From Lama guanicoe (lineage: Eukaryota), in contig MU054212.1 of assembly GCA_013239625.1 (NCBI GenBank), positions 8,579,084 to 8,643,083 of the forward strand: 64,000 bases of DNA, given 5' to 3'. Below, piece by piece: positions 1-11,189 of this stretch. Position numbers and translations under genes: made by a program. Below the pieces are notes generated by a model that made no database searches, was not told the origin of the DNA, and worked only from the letters and a program-made list of their open reading frames with translations. How positions within the stretch are numbered: position 1 is the first letter of the stretch; the number at the start of each line of letters is the position of its first letter.

Positions 1-390
1 TAAATGATAAAAGAAGGAATCTTAATCCCTACCTTATATCACATACAAAAATTAGCTTAAAAAGATCAAAGTCCTAAATTTAAGAGCTAACGATATGAAA
101 CTCAGAAGAAAACACAGGAGTAAATCTTTGTAACCTTGGATTTGGCAGTGGTTTCTTAAATATGACACCAAAAGCGTAAAAACCAAAGGAAAAAAATAGA
201 TACATTGGATTTCATAAAAATTTGAAACTTTTATACTTCAAAAGATACCATCAAGAAAGTGAAAAGACAACGCACATAATGGGGAAAGATTTTCAAATTA
301 CATATCTGACAATGGACTTGTATTTATAATATGTAAAGAACTCTTACAATTCAGTCATTAAAAAAGCAACAGTCAAAAATGGGCAAAGGA

Positions 391-580
391 TAAACAACAA
401 GTTCACACTGTATAGCACAGGGAACTTATTTAGTATCTTGTAGTAACTTATGGTGAAAAAGACTATGGAAAGGAATATATGAATGTTCATGTATGACTGA
501 AGCATTATGCTGTACACCAGAAATTGAGACAACATTGTAAACTGACTATAATTCAATAAAAAATATATATATACACATTT
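391..580 (+). mobile_element. 5'-truncated younger L1 3' end (artiodactyl/camelid type)
   Basis: ctgtatagcacagggaact...gctgtacaccagaaatt...aacattgtaaactgactata...aataaa; same tail as 32810-32965. Confidence 0.85.
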
Positions 581-600
581 AAAAAAATGGCAAAGAGTGA

Positions 601-731
601 GGTCAGGGCATAATAGCTCAGTGATAGAGTGTGTGCTTGGTATTCACAAGGTCCTGGGTTCAATCCCCAATGCCTCTGTTAAGGGGAAGAATTTTTAAAT
701 AACAATTAATAATAAATAAAATAAAAACTTT
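601..731 (+). mobile_element. tRNA-Ala-derived SINE (Vic-1-like, camelid)
   Basis: A box tagctcagtg, B box gggttcaatccc, A-rich tail. Confidence 0.85.
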
Positions 732-1579
732 AAACGGGCAAAGGATCTGAATAAGCATTTCTCTGGAGAGCATATGCAAATGGCCAATAATCAGACATAA
801 AGAGGGTCAACATCATTAGTCATCAGAGAAATGCAAAGTAAAAACCACAATGCATTCAATATTACTCCACACTCACCAGCACGACTATTATAAAGAAGAC
901 AGATAACAAGTGTTGATGATGTGGAGAAACTGGAACCCTCATACATTGTTGGTGGGAACGTAAAATGGTGAAACTGCTTTGAAAAACACTTTGGCAGGTA
1001 CTTGAAAAAATTAAACACAGAGTTACCATATGACCCAGCAATTTTACTCCTAGGTATATCCCCCCAAAAAATGTCCCACAAAACATGTGTACATCAATGT
1101 TCATAGCTGCATTGTTCATAACAGTCAAAAGTAGAAACAACCCAAATGTCTGTCAATTGATGAATGGTTAAATCAAACGTAGTATATCCACACAAAGGAA
1201 TATTATTTGGCAGTAAAAAGGAATGAAGTACTGATACATGCTACAACATGAATGAACCTTAAAAATATATGAAATGAAAGAAGACAATCAGAAAACACTA
1301 TATACTGCAAGATTCCATTTCTATGAAATCCCCAGAATAGGCAAATCTACAGAGAGGAAAAAGTAAATTAGTGGTTGCCTAGGACTTGGGGGGGGGGTGA
1401 TGGCTAAAGAGTATGGGGTTTCTTTCTGGGGTGAAAAAAAGGTTCTAAAATTGTGATGATGGTTGCACAACTCTATCAATATACTAAAAACTACTGAATT
1501 GTACACTTGAAATGAGAAAATTGTATTAGGTGAATTATATCTCAATAAAGCTGTTACCAAAAAATAAAAGAAGCTTAGA

Positions 1580-1780
1580 ACATCAATAAGGAAGAAAGAA
1601 CAGAAAGACTAAAACACTGAGTAAATCCAATAGATTTTACTTTTCCTCTTGAGTTTTCTAAATTGTTTGGTGGTTAAAGCAAAAATGACTGCATTTTCTG
1701 ATGTGGTTCTCAGGGTAAATGGGGAAGAGTAAAAGGAATGAAAAGGAGGTAAAGTTTTCTTGGAAAAAAAATTAGCCTTG
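1580..1780 (+). mobile_element. Ancient L1M inter-ORF fragment
   Basis: ttttctaaattg...ggttaaagcaaaaat...tctgatgtggttctca resembles the L1M ORF1-ORF2 spacer. Confidence 0.45.
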
Positions 1781-2615
1781 GATTTCTCAATGTTCCTATA
1801 AAACTCAGGTTCCTCAGACTCCAGAGACTCAGAAATCAATATTCAGTAAACATAGAGAATGTCTGTTTTCACTTCTCTCAGAAACATGTTACTTTGCACA
1901 TACTATTAGGATTAGATCCTCAGTCATCTGTTTCTTACCTCCCCGAAAGCAAAAAAAGTCACATTTCAGGATATCTACAGAGCATTATCTTCGTAGGTAA
2001 TGACTTTTAAAATTTCAAAGGGGATGAAACCCAGGACACACAGACATTTGTACGTTGTAGAAGCTGAGATGCTGGGCTCATTTGGATCCTTGAGATATTT
2101 ATGTCAAAGTGTTAGAGTAATACATTTACACTCACACCTGCTCAGTCTCAGGAGACCACGTCAAAGCGATTTTGCCACAACCATGTTAAGACCTCTCAAT
2201 CTGGTATCTCAAAGCAAGAAGTTGAGGACAGGACACTGGCAACAGACAACTGGTTGACAAGGCACTTGGGTGCCTGTACCCAGACTCCACAGGTCAGAGT
2301 CTGGCTCACAGCACTTATCAACGCTTCCCCCAGCCCAATGGTCAGGGTCACACTGCAACTGTGGCTCTTCCTCGAGGCCCAGCAACGAGGGACCAGGCTC
2401 TGTCCCAAAGGAGGTGCAAGGGCAGGAACACGCGAGGCCTGGTCAGGGGAGAGAACTACACACATGAGTATTGGGAGTATATCACCTTCCAGGATGCCCA
2501 GGGCCCCAGGACCCCTGCACAGGCCCCACGGGCACCAAGGCTGTATTTGGAAAGGCCAAACGCCGCAGCAACCAGACACACTGTCAGATTCCCAAATCAT
2601 AAAGTACAGCTTATC

Positions 2616-2755
2616 GGGCGGGGTTACCAGCTCAGTGGTAGACCACATGCTTAGCATGCAATAGGCCCTGGGTTTAATCCCCAGTACCTTCCTAGAAAGA
2701 AAGAAAAGAAAAGAAGGAAGGAAGGGAAGAGGGAAGGGAAGGGAAGGAAGAAAGT
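2616..2755 (+). mobile_element. tRNA-Ala-derived SINE with purine-rich (GAAAA/GGAA)n tail
   Basis: agctcagtggtagaccacatgcttagcatgca...ccctgggtttaatccccagtacct, then gaaaa/ggaag repeats at about 2695-2755. Confidence 0.85.
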
Positions 2756-2780
2756 AAGGTTCGTCAGGCTGGCAGAGGAA

Positions 2781-2800
2781 CTGACACCACCTGGCGGTCA
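2781..2800 (-). promoter_or_regulatory. CTCF-binding motif (candidate)
   Basis: Minus strand TGACCGCCAGGTGGTGTCAG fits the CTCF core with few mismatches. Confidence 0.5.
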
Positions 2801-3259
2801 GCGTTGTCCGTTGGCAACTCCTTCAACTTCAAGAAGGCAGCCAATCTCCTTCTTAACAGCACAAGCTGGTCCCGAGGGGGAAAACGGCGCTCTCAGAACC
2901 CAAGGCATATTAACGAGTACAGAGGTTTCAGCTGGTTCTAAAATGCCTTTGGCGACCCATCCTAAACGCTCTGACCCAGGAAGAGCTAGGCCTGTCACGC
3001 AGTTAAGTTTCAGGGAGAAAAAAAACCACAGAAGAAAGAAACCCACAATGCAAGCACACACACTATCCCTCTCTCACAAACTGCAAAAAAAAAAAAACCT
3101 CACTCACCCACATTCTCGGGGCCGGTTGTCCCTCCCAGCCGCAGTGAAGGGTTCCAATTCGTCCCATTAGACATGGCTGGCCACTCCAGGAGCCTTTCCC
3201 CTGAAGAACAGCCTCAACGCCTTGCTCTCTCTTTGGACCCAGTGCCGTGGCCAGCACCC

Positions 3260-4213
3260 TGCGACGGGAGAGCTGGCTTGGCCTCTCCACCCAAGCGCCT
3301 CCGTCAGGAGATGGGCTCCTCTTCTGAACAGCACGCCGCACACCTGAGGGCCGGGGTCGGGGCCTGGAGGGGGCGGAGTGGAGCGTGGGGCTTCCCAGGG
3401 AGGCAAACCGGAGCCCGCAGATGGAGCCCACAGCCTGTGCGGTGCCGGGGGTGCTGTGAGTGCGGGTCCTGAAGGAGGAGCAGGCAGAGCACGGCCGGGA
3501 ACGCACTCAGGGCCCAGGAGGGTCGGCGAAAGGCGGAAGCCAGCTCGAGGCCCCGCTACCTCCACGGCGCTTCCCGGGAAGCCTGATCTCGCGAGATCTA
3601 CCGGGCGCAGGGCGGGTCCTGGGATGCGAACACCTGGGAGTCCCAGGTGCTGGAGGCCCCTCGCCCGGACTCCTTAACGGGCCTGGCTCACACCAGTATC
3701 AGCCAGTGCCCCACCCCCAGCTCAGAGCCACAGTGCAGGGGTGCGCCGCCCCAGCGGCCCAGCCTGGTGAAGGGAGAGGCCCAAATCCGAAGATGTGGTC
3801 CAGGGCAGGGGTGTGGTCCGAGTTTTTAGGCGGGCTGTGTGGGTGAGGGGCCGACACCACCTCTGACCCCGTGCGCTCGCCTCTCTGTGCTTTGGTCACC
3901 GTGTGGCACCTGGAAAACCCCCAGGCCCACACGGCACGACCTGCCACTGCGGACAGTCTGCCCCGCGCGCCCGTATCCTCCCCACCAAACACCCGCACGC
4001 CCCCGCAGTGGACCCCCTCCCCGAGCCGGAGACCCCCGCGGAGGTGGGCACCCGGAGTGGGAAGAGTGCAGTGACAGTCCGTCCTTTGCCCCGGGGTTCT
4101 GTGAGCACTAATGCCCGAGGTATAACCCGCGGCGTAGGGGGTGGATATTATTATAATATTGAAATAAACCTGCCAATGAATCTAAAATTGGCTTTTCCTT
4201 CCACGGGTGGGAA
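3260..4213. promoter_or_regulatory. CpG island, probable promoter/first-intron region of a gene (likely minus strand), truncated by the gap
   Basis: Very GC-rich, many retained CpGs, GC box (gggggcggag), no repeats; runs into the N gap. Confidence 0.7.
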
Positions 4214-4367
4214 NNNNNNNNNNNNNNNNNNNNNNNNNNNNNNNNNNNNNNNNNNNNNNNNNNNNNNNNNNNNNNNNNNNNNNNNNNNNNNNNNNNNNNN
4301 NNNNNNNNNNNNNNNNNNNNNNNNNNNNNNNNNNNNNNNNNNNNNNNNNNNNNNNNNNNNNNNNCCG

Positions 4368-4413
<46 letters not shown>
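4214..4413. other. Assembly gap (151 N, 4214-4364) followed by a 45-nt poly-G (4369-4413)
   Basis: Seen directly. A poly-G at a contig end is probably a sequencing or assembly artefact in extreme-GC sequence. Confidence 0.9.
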
Positions 4414-4414
<1 letters not shown>

Positions 4415-5942
4415 GGTTCCTCCAGCAGAGAAAATTCACTTGTATGTCTTCAGACAAGAATCACTTTGCATTGGTATCAGTCATCTACAGTGTTATAAAA
4501 CAGCACTTGGCAATGAAAGGCCAGAATCAGATAATCCCAAAGGATGTGATCTAAACAATTCACAGCTTCTATTAAAGCACACATTTTCCCTGATAATTCG
4601 GGAAACCTCAGATGAAAAGACCCAACAGAATTTGGTTACTCCACAGCCTGGCCCACAGGGGCCACATCCTCAGCGAGGCCCAAGGCTCTTAGTTAACCCG
4701 GGAACCCCAGCCCCATCACCCTTCCTGATGCGTGGGAGAGGCTTAGGCAGCCCGCCTCCCTCCTCCAGTTGCAGGTTGCTTGTCAGCTTAACCAGGACTT
4801 TCGATTCCCATGGTGGGGAGCATCACAGCTTTGTAGTAACACTTCTCAACGCTTCTGGACCCACTGGAAATAAGTCATTTGTTTTATTGTAGTCTGTGAA
4901 ATAATTTGCTTCTAAAAGGAATGAATTTGCCAGGAAACACCCGGCTTTAATTACCAAGAGACATTGCAGGTCTTTAGAGTAAATATCTACCAAAATGACT
5001 AGAATCACCTCTAAAACCTCATGATGTGGGGTTTTCAGGACTCTCCACCTATTTTTAGCAGTGAGAAGCAAGGAGTCAGAACTTGTGGAGGAATCAGCTT
5101 TTGTGAAAGATGTCAGTTTAGCAGGACTTCAGTGAGAGAGACTGACTGGGGCGTAGGGCATCGGAGGGCTGGGGGCAGACCCCAGGATGGCAGTCACCGA
5201 TCACCTCTGCCCCCAAGCTCCAGCCCCTGTGGGTCACTGTTTGACCTTCCTCAGCCTGGCCCAGCTCCCTGCCCTGGGCCGCCTGAGGTGGGAGGTGCTG
5301 GCGCTAAGGCCCCAGGTGTGGTTGATCTACAGAAATGGTGAGCCAGAGCAGGGCAAGCCAGTGTCCTTCCTGGCTCAAAAATGCACTTACCAAAGCAGTA
5401 AGACCTTAGAGCAGAAAATGTGCCCCAAAGTGATCACACAGCCAGTGCCTGGCACACAGTATTTCCTGGAGAAATGCGTTTACCCAATCCCGATGGCATA
5501 CACTATGCCCTGCTCTTATGGAAATTGGACTCCTCAACCCCCATTTATCCTGGGGAAGGAGGTTTAGCCTTAACTTAAAAATGAGCAGCTGTTCTAGGCT
5601 CCTGGGGAGGCCACAATGGTTCAGGCTCAGTGCAGCCCGTGCACAGACCCCTGGGAGCGCGCACTTAGGGCTGGAAGAGGCAGAGCAAGTGCACAGAGAT
5701 TCGGAGGGAAGGACCCAACAACCTTACAAAGCTAAAATGGAAAAAGGGTCACCGAGGAGTTTCCCAGTCTGGATGCCAAGGAATCTTAAATGGTGTCCTG
5801 TAGAAAATGGATGCTCCAGTTACATAGGTCTGGAAAGCTATGGGTTAGACACACTTAGGCAAGTCTCTCGTTTCGCGGTCTTCCTCACCAGAGGTGACTC
5901 CAGCCAGAGATGTTAAGATGAAGGTGCCAGAGTCTGTGAGCA

Positions 5943-5959
5943 GAGCGCCCTCTGGCGGA
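5943..5959 (-). promoter_or_regulatory. CTCF-binding motif
   Basis: Minus strand TCCGCCAGAGGGCGCTC, a near-consensus core with both CpGs retained. Confidence 0.65.
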
Positions 5960-7099
5960 AATACCTATGGATGCAGTAGGGCGGGTTTGTCTAGGCTAAA
6001 CCCCTCTTTTCAATAAGGACCCGAGGCTCCAGGGAGGTTGAGAGTCCCTGATCCTGAGAGAGAGGGAGAGCCCTTCTCCCTACCTGCCCACCGTGTCTCG
6101 GGGGATCAGGGGCCACATCCAGGGCCCTTGAAGTTAGATCTGGGGCCGGCTGGCACAGGGTATTTGGTGGGGGTCCTCCCCACGGGCTCAACTCCCCATG
6201 AGGAGCCTGTAATGGGAGCCCCAGGCGGTCGCCCTACAGGCGGGCGCCGCGCAGGGGAGGCGGCGGGAGGAGGCTGTATGGGGCGCAGCTGGATGGTCTC
6301 CCCCGTTGCAAGGCTACAGGTCGAGGAACTCTGAGGTGTGGAAGATGGAGGATGATGAAGGAACTGGCTGAGGGGGCCTCCCACCCAGATCTCCCCGCCC
6401 CCAGGGTGGTCTGTGAGGAGCACAGGGGCCCCCTAGAGGTCAGGGGGCTTCAAAGCAGACAGGCTGGGGTCGAGGGTTGGGGGCTGTCCTGGCTCCCTCG
6501 CTTCCCTGAGAAGGTGGCCACAGAGCGAGTCTCAAGGCTCTCCAGGGTCTTGCCTCATCTGTGGAGCACTGGAAGTGATGACAGGGGTCCTTGGCTCTGG
6601 TGGGCACAGGAGATGCTCAGCCCTGACGGTTCCCCAGAGAGGGGCTGCTGGAAGAGCATGGGGCAGCCTGGCCCACAGAGCCTGCAGGAGGCTGGCAAAC
6701 GTCAGAAGGTCCCCAGTTCAGACTCCCTGATCTTAGGGTCTCAAAACGGTCCAGGAAGTGTCTGTATCCACTTTTGAGTCCGGCCCTGCCCCTCAGGCCC
6801 TGACTACCTAGTAGGTTGGGACCTCCTTTGGGCTATTCTAGCAGCCACTGGCCTGGCCTCTCTGCCACCAGCCCCTCCTCCCTCTGCTACACACACATTC
6901 AGCCAGACCCACTTTTGGGCTGGCATCTGGTTGACACTGGGCTCAGCATTTGTGCAGGCAGTGGGCAAACAACCGCGGGTCCACACCTTGTCCTTGGGAA
7001 TGCTGGAGCCCAGCACAATGGTGGGCACAGAGCAGGTTCTCCCTCCACGTTTGCTGACTGACTGACTGACCGACCTTAGCAATGAATGAGATCTATGCA

Positions 7100-7350
7100 G
7101 CTGCTGCCCTTGTTTTCTCACAGTCCAACAGGGGAAACAAGTGTGAATTAAACAACTGCAAAAGATTAATCAGCAACTTTCCACATGATAAGGACCAGGA
7201 GGAAAAAGTACAGAATTCTGTGGGAACTGGTCAGGTAGGCTTCCTGAGGAAGTGAGATTTCAGTTCAGATCTGAAGGGCAGGAAAGAGTTGGCCAGTGAA
7301 GTGCAGAAGAAAGAGTGTTCCAGATGGAAGGAACAGCATGTATGGGGCTG
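7100..7350 (-). mobile_element. LINE-2 fragment
   Basis: ggcttcctgaggaagtga...agatctgaagg...gagtgttccagatggaaggaacagcatgt, typical antisense L2. Confidence 0.65.
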
Positions 7351-7806
7351 GAAGCACAGCTTCCATCTCAACTGATGCCCCCTCAGTGGCACCCCGTCAT
7401 GGCTACCCGGCTGGGTCCCGTGCACTCCAGCCAAGCCCTCCAGCCAGATTTCTCTCTCTGCTCTCCTTCAGGGCTCAGGACCCCGCCAGATGGTCTTGTC
7501 CTCAGAGCCTGTCCTGTGTTCCCAGCTCTGTGCCTTTGCCTTGGTGCTGGGGCTTCCCCGGGAACGCCCCTTCTCCCACTGCCACCTGTTCAAAGCCTTC
7601 CCTCAGTTCCAGTTCAAGTGAGCTGGAGTCAGCACCTCCGTCCTGTCTGTCCCACCGAATGCAACCCCACCCCCACCCCGCCAAAAGCAGGCATGGAGCA
7701 GCTATCTGAAGGCTCTGAGAAGTACACAGCAGGCGTACTGGGGAAGAGAGCAGAATTCAAAGCCACCCCAGCACCAGCAGTGATTCACTTCTCTTATTCT
7801 CCAGCA

Positions 7807-8127
7807 TGGGCATACCTCCTTTGATTGCCCTTCGCAGATATTGCGGCGGGGTTTTGTTTGATTGTTTGGTTTCCGTTTTTACAAATTGAAGGTTTGTGGC
7901 AACTCTGTGGATCAGATGATGGTTAGCATTTTTCTTAAACCAATAAAGTATTTTTTAATTAAGGTAAGTGCATAGCTTTTTTAAAACATAATGCTACTGC
8001 ACACGTAATATACTATGGTACAGTGTAAACATAACTTTTATATGCACTGGGAAACCCCAAATTTCCTGTGGCTTGCCTTATTGCAGTCGTCTGGAAGGGA
8101 GCCTAAGATACCTCAGAGGTAAGCCTG
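7807..8127 (+). mobile_element. Internally deleted Tigger1 (Tc1/mariner, MITE-like)
   Basis: TIRs (t)gggcatacctc ... gaggtaagcctg followed by TA; Tigger1 5' sequence (ttttacaaattgaaggtttgtggcaac) joined directly to 3' sequence (gatgatggttagcatttt...ttttatatgcactgggaaacc). Confidence 0.85.
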
Positions 8128-8842
8128 TATTTCCCTGCCTGAGCTCCAGGCAGCCGGAAACCTGCAAATGGATCCGGCTGGTGATGGCTCTGATCTGGGC
8201 AGTGGAGGCCTGATCAGCAGTTTGATGCCAGTCGTCTCATGAGAGAATCCTTACCAAGTACATCTGCATCAGTGACACAACTATTCCATCAACAGTGGTA
8301 ATATATTCCCATGGTTTGCTGCCCCCAGAGGGGTGTCTAATCTGCCAATCCAGAGTCTTCCCCATAGCAGGCCAGATGGCGGGCCATGGGCAACAACAGA
8401 CTCAGGGGAGAGAACAATCGCGGTCACTTTCTGTTTGACAGAGCTGAGCAGCTGCAACAGTGCTGAAGACGCCATCAACGTGGCCAAACTACCAGTGCAC
8501 CAGGCCCAGGAATTTAGAGGAATCTTTGTAAAGCCAGGACCCCATGAGGTCAGTGGCTTTGCTTTAGGGGGCAGTGGTAGGGGGTACTGTTTTCCCTTTT
8601 ATGTAAAGCTGAGATGCCAAGAGGGCCAGGCCAAGAGGCTCTTGAATATGCCGTTTCCTTTTGAACAGAGAGGCCTGTTGGGCTCTTTCCACCTTGCTTG
8701 TCATTGAGTCTGCGTTGATACCCTCCAAGACGGGGTGTCAGGCCAAAGAGGAACATGCCACCCATAGGTCTAGCGTGCACTTTCAACAAGAACTTGGAAA
8801 CGCCTTTCTCAAAAACGAAAACAGAAAGTGTAGTAGGTAGCT

Positions 8843-8861
8843 TGTCCAGCAGGTGGCGCTG
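8843..8861 (+). promoter_or_regulatory. CTCF-binding motif
   Basis: TGTCCAGCAGGTGGCGCTG, essentially the consensus core. Confidence 0.7.
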
Positions 8862-9719
8862 TTATACTAGGAAATGCCTCTGCCTAGTATGGCGGCCATT
8901 AAATCTTTAAAACTGATTCCTCCTCCTGCTAGAATTCTTTTTTGTTTCTTCTGGACCACCAGGGATGGTTTAGGGAGGAAAGGATAGAGGGGAGGTTGCA
9001 GTCTACACGTACCTCTAGCACTTCTGTACATGCAGCGATCCCGGATGGAGAATCTCCTCTGACGCGCACCTGCGGGGAAGCGCAGACTCAGCACGTCGGT
9101 TCTTAGCATCCTTCCAGCTCTGGAAGCCACAACAGCACAGTGAACCGGCCCACGGGGCCACTTAGGATTTCCTTCGCCTCAGCCAACTTCGCCAAAACCC
9201 CATCGTTTGAATTCTGGAGCCTTGATTCTCCGTGAGGACATGGACCAGGGAGTCTAACATGCAGGCGAGTCAGGGGATACAGCGACATGTCCCTAACACC
9301 AGGACACCACGTTATCCCCCGGCCAGGAACTTAGGGAGCACGGGGTGGGGCGGGGGGTGATGGAGGCTAGCCCGTGGGGGACAGTGGGAGCAGCGGGAAG
9401 GAAACAATGCCAGCTTCTTTTCCCCCTTCCTCCAGGGCCTATACCTGAGCACGCCACTTCTTCCTCCCCGATGCTGGTGCGTTGCCCAGCGACTTCTTTC
9501 TTCCTCTGCACAGGCCACCGCCTTCCAGCCTGCGTTCTCTGTGCTTTGGGCCTCCACCCATTGCTGAGAAATGGCCCAGGCGAAACAATGGTCAGAACCT
9601 TGCTGTCTTGGCTCCATAGCAGGAGCTGTAGGAGAACAAGAAACTCAAGGAGAATTGTCTCTCCCAACACTGGAAAACTTGTATGACGAGATCATGCCAA
9701 AAACATATTCAATAGCTTA

Positions 9720-11185
9720 AAATGGAATACTTAAAAAAACATTAAGTAACCTAAACAAAGGTAGGAAAGAGGTATCAGAGAAACGAAAAATAGAGGGAAA
9801 AATAGAAAACAAATAATAAAACGGGAGGCCTAGATTCATACATATCAATAATGACATTAAATGTAAATGAAGTAAACACATCAATTCAAGACAGAGATGC
9901 GCAGAATGGATTTTTTAAAAAATGACCCACATACATGCTGTCTATGAGAAACTCACCTCACATACCAGGATACAGGTAGGGTAAAAGAAGAAGTGTGAGA
10001 GAAGCTATTCCATGGAAACTCTTAACAAGCCAAAGCCAAAGCAAGGGTGACTATGTTAATATCAAAGTAAGCTTCAGAGCTAAGAAATTAGCAGAGTTAA
10101 AGAGAGACAATACAGATTGATAGAAGAGTCAGCTCACCTAGAAGGCATAACATTTCTAAATGTACAGACACGTGAGATCAGAGCTTCAAAATGTAAGAAG
10201 CAAAAAATTGTAAGCAAAATGTAAGAGCAGATAAGGAGTCCACATTCCCACAGTTATACTGGGAAGTTGCAGCACTGTGTAATGTGTAGAAATAGTAGAC
10301 AGAAAATTGGCAAGGACAGAACTGAACAACACCATCAACTAACTTGAATTGATTGGTATTTATGGAACATTCCACACATTCGTTTCAAGCACACAGGGAG
10401 CATTCAAGATAGACCGTATCATGAGTCATGAAGCAAACCTTAAAAAATTTAAAAGGATTGAAATCATACAAAATATGCTTTCTGACTATAATGAAATTAA
10501 ACTAGAAATCAGTAACAGAAAGATAATGGAAAAAAATTCCAAACACTAGGGAAGAAACAGTATACTTTTTAAAAGGAAATCTCAAAGGAAATTAGAAAAC
10601 GTATTAAAATGAAAGAAAATTAATATATAACATATCAAAATTTGTGGGATGTAGCTAATTTATTGCATTAAATACTTATATTACAAAATAAGAAATGTCT
10701 TAAAGCAACCATCTGAGCTTCCCCTACAAGAAACTAGGGGAGAGACAAGGGAGGAGGGGAAGCAAGACAAACCCAAAGCAAGTAGGACGTCAGAAATAAA
10801 AAGGATCAGTTATTACTGAAATTGAAAATAAACAGAGAAAATCAATGAAACCAAAAGGGGGTCCTTTGAAAAAACAAGACAAATGATATACTTTCAGTCA
10901 GACTGACAAACAAAAAAAGAAAGAAGAGAGAAATGGCCATATCCGGAATGAAAAAGTGAACAGTTGTAGACCTCACAGACTTTAAAACAATAATAACATC
11001 CCTGTGCAGATGAATTTGACAGACTACAAGAAATAGGTCAAATCCTCAAAACCCACAGACTAGCCAAAAAACTTACCCACAACATGAAGGATAACTCAGT
11101 CCTACAAAAATTTTAAAAATTAAATTTGTAATTTAAAACTGCACTAAAAAAATCTCCAGGCCCTGATGCTTTAATTGATAAATTA
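9720..11185 (+). mobile_element. Decayed L1 ORF2 5' (endonuclease) region
   Basis: atatcaataatgacattaaatgtaaatg (ORF2 start region); ORF 10349-10549 reads KIDRIMSHEANLKKFKRIEIIQNMLSDYNEIKLEI, matching the L1 endonuclease C-terminus (SDHN motif region). Confidence 0.9.
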
Positions 11186-11189
11186 TTTT

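Larger units (their letters stand above)
1..1565 (+). mobile_element. Old LINE-1 (L1MB-like): 3' part of ORF2 and 3' UTR, interrupted by two younger insertions
   Basis: Typical L1 ORF2 motifs (atatgacaccaaaagc, catatctgacaatggacttgtat, gacccagcaattttactcctaggtatat) and an L1MB-type end (gaattatatctcaataaagctgtt + A-run). Confidence 0.9.

Noticed and set aside
1930..1945. Minus-strand splice donor GAG|gtaaga
   Set aside because: No matching acceptor or open exon frame found; such motifs occur by chance.
3063..4111. Many overlapping Pro/Arg/Gly-rich ORFs
   Set aside because: Expected scarcity of stop codons in a CpG island; no family similarity.
4369..4413. 45-nt poly-G as a G-quadruplex element
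   Set aside because: Abuts an assembly gap; length and even existence are unreliable.
3903..4892. Longest ORF (329 aa), and ORFs 4182-4457 and 4207-4554
   Set aside because: Open only because they read through 151 Ns and a poly-G; no recognisable domain.
9230..9295. p53 response element (three CATG cores)
   Set aside because: Half-sites are mismatched and not adjacent at canonical spacing.
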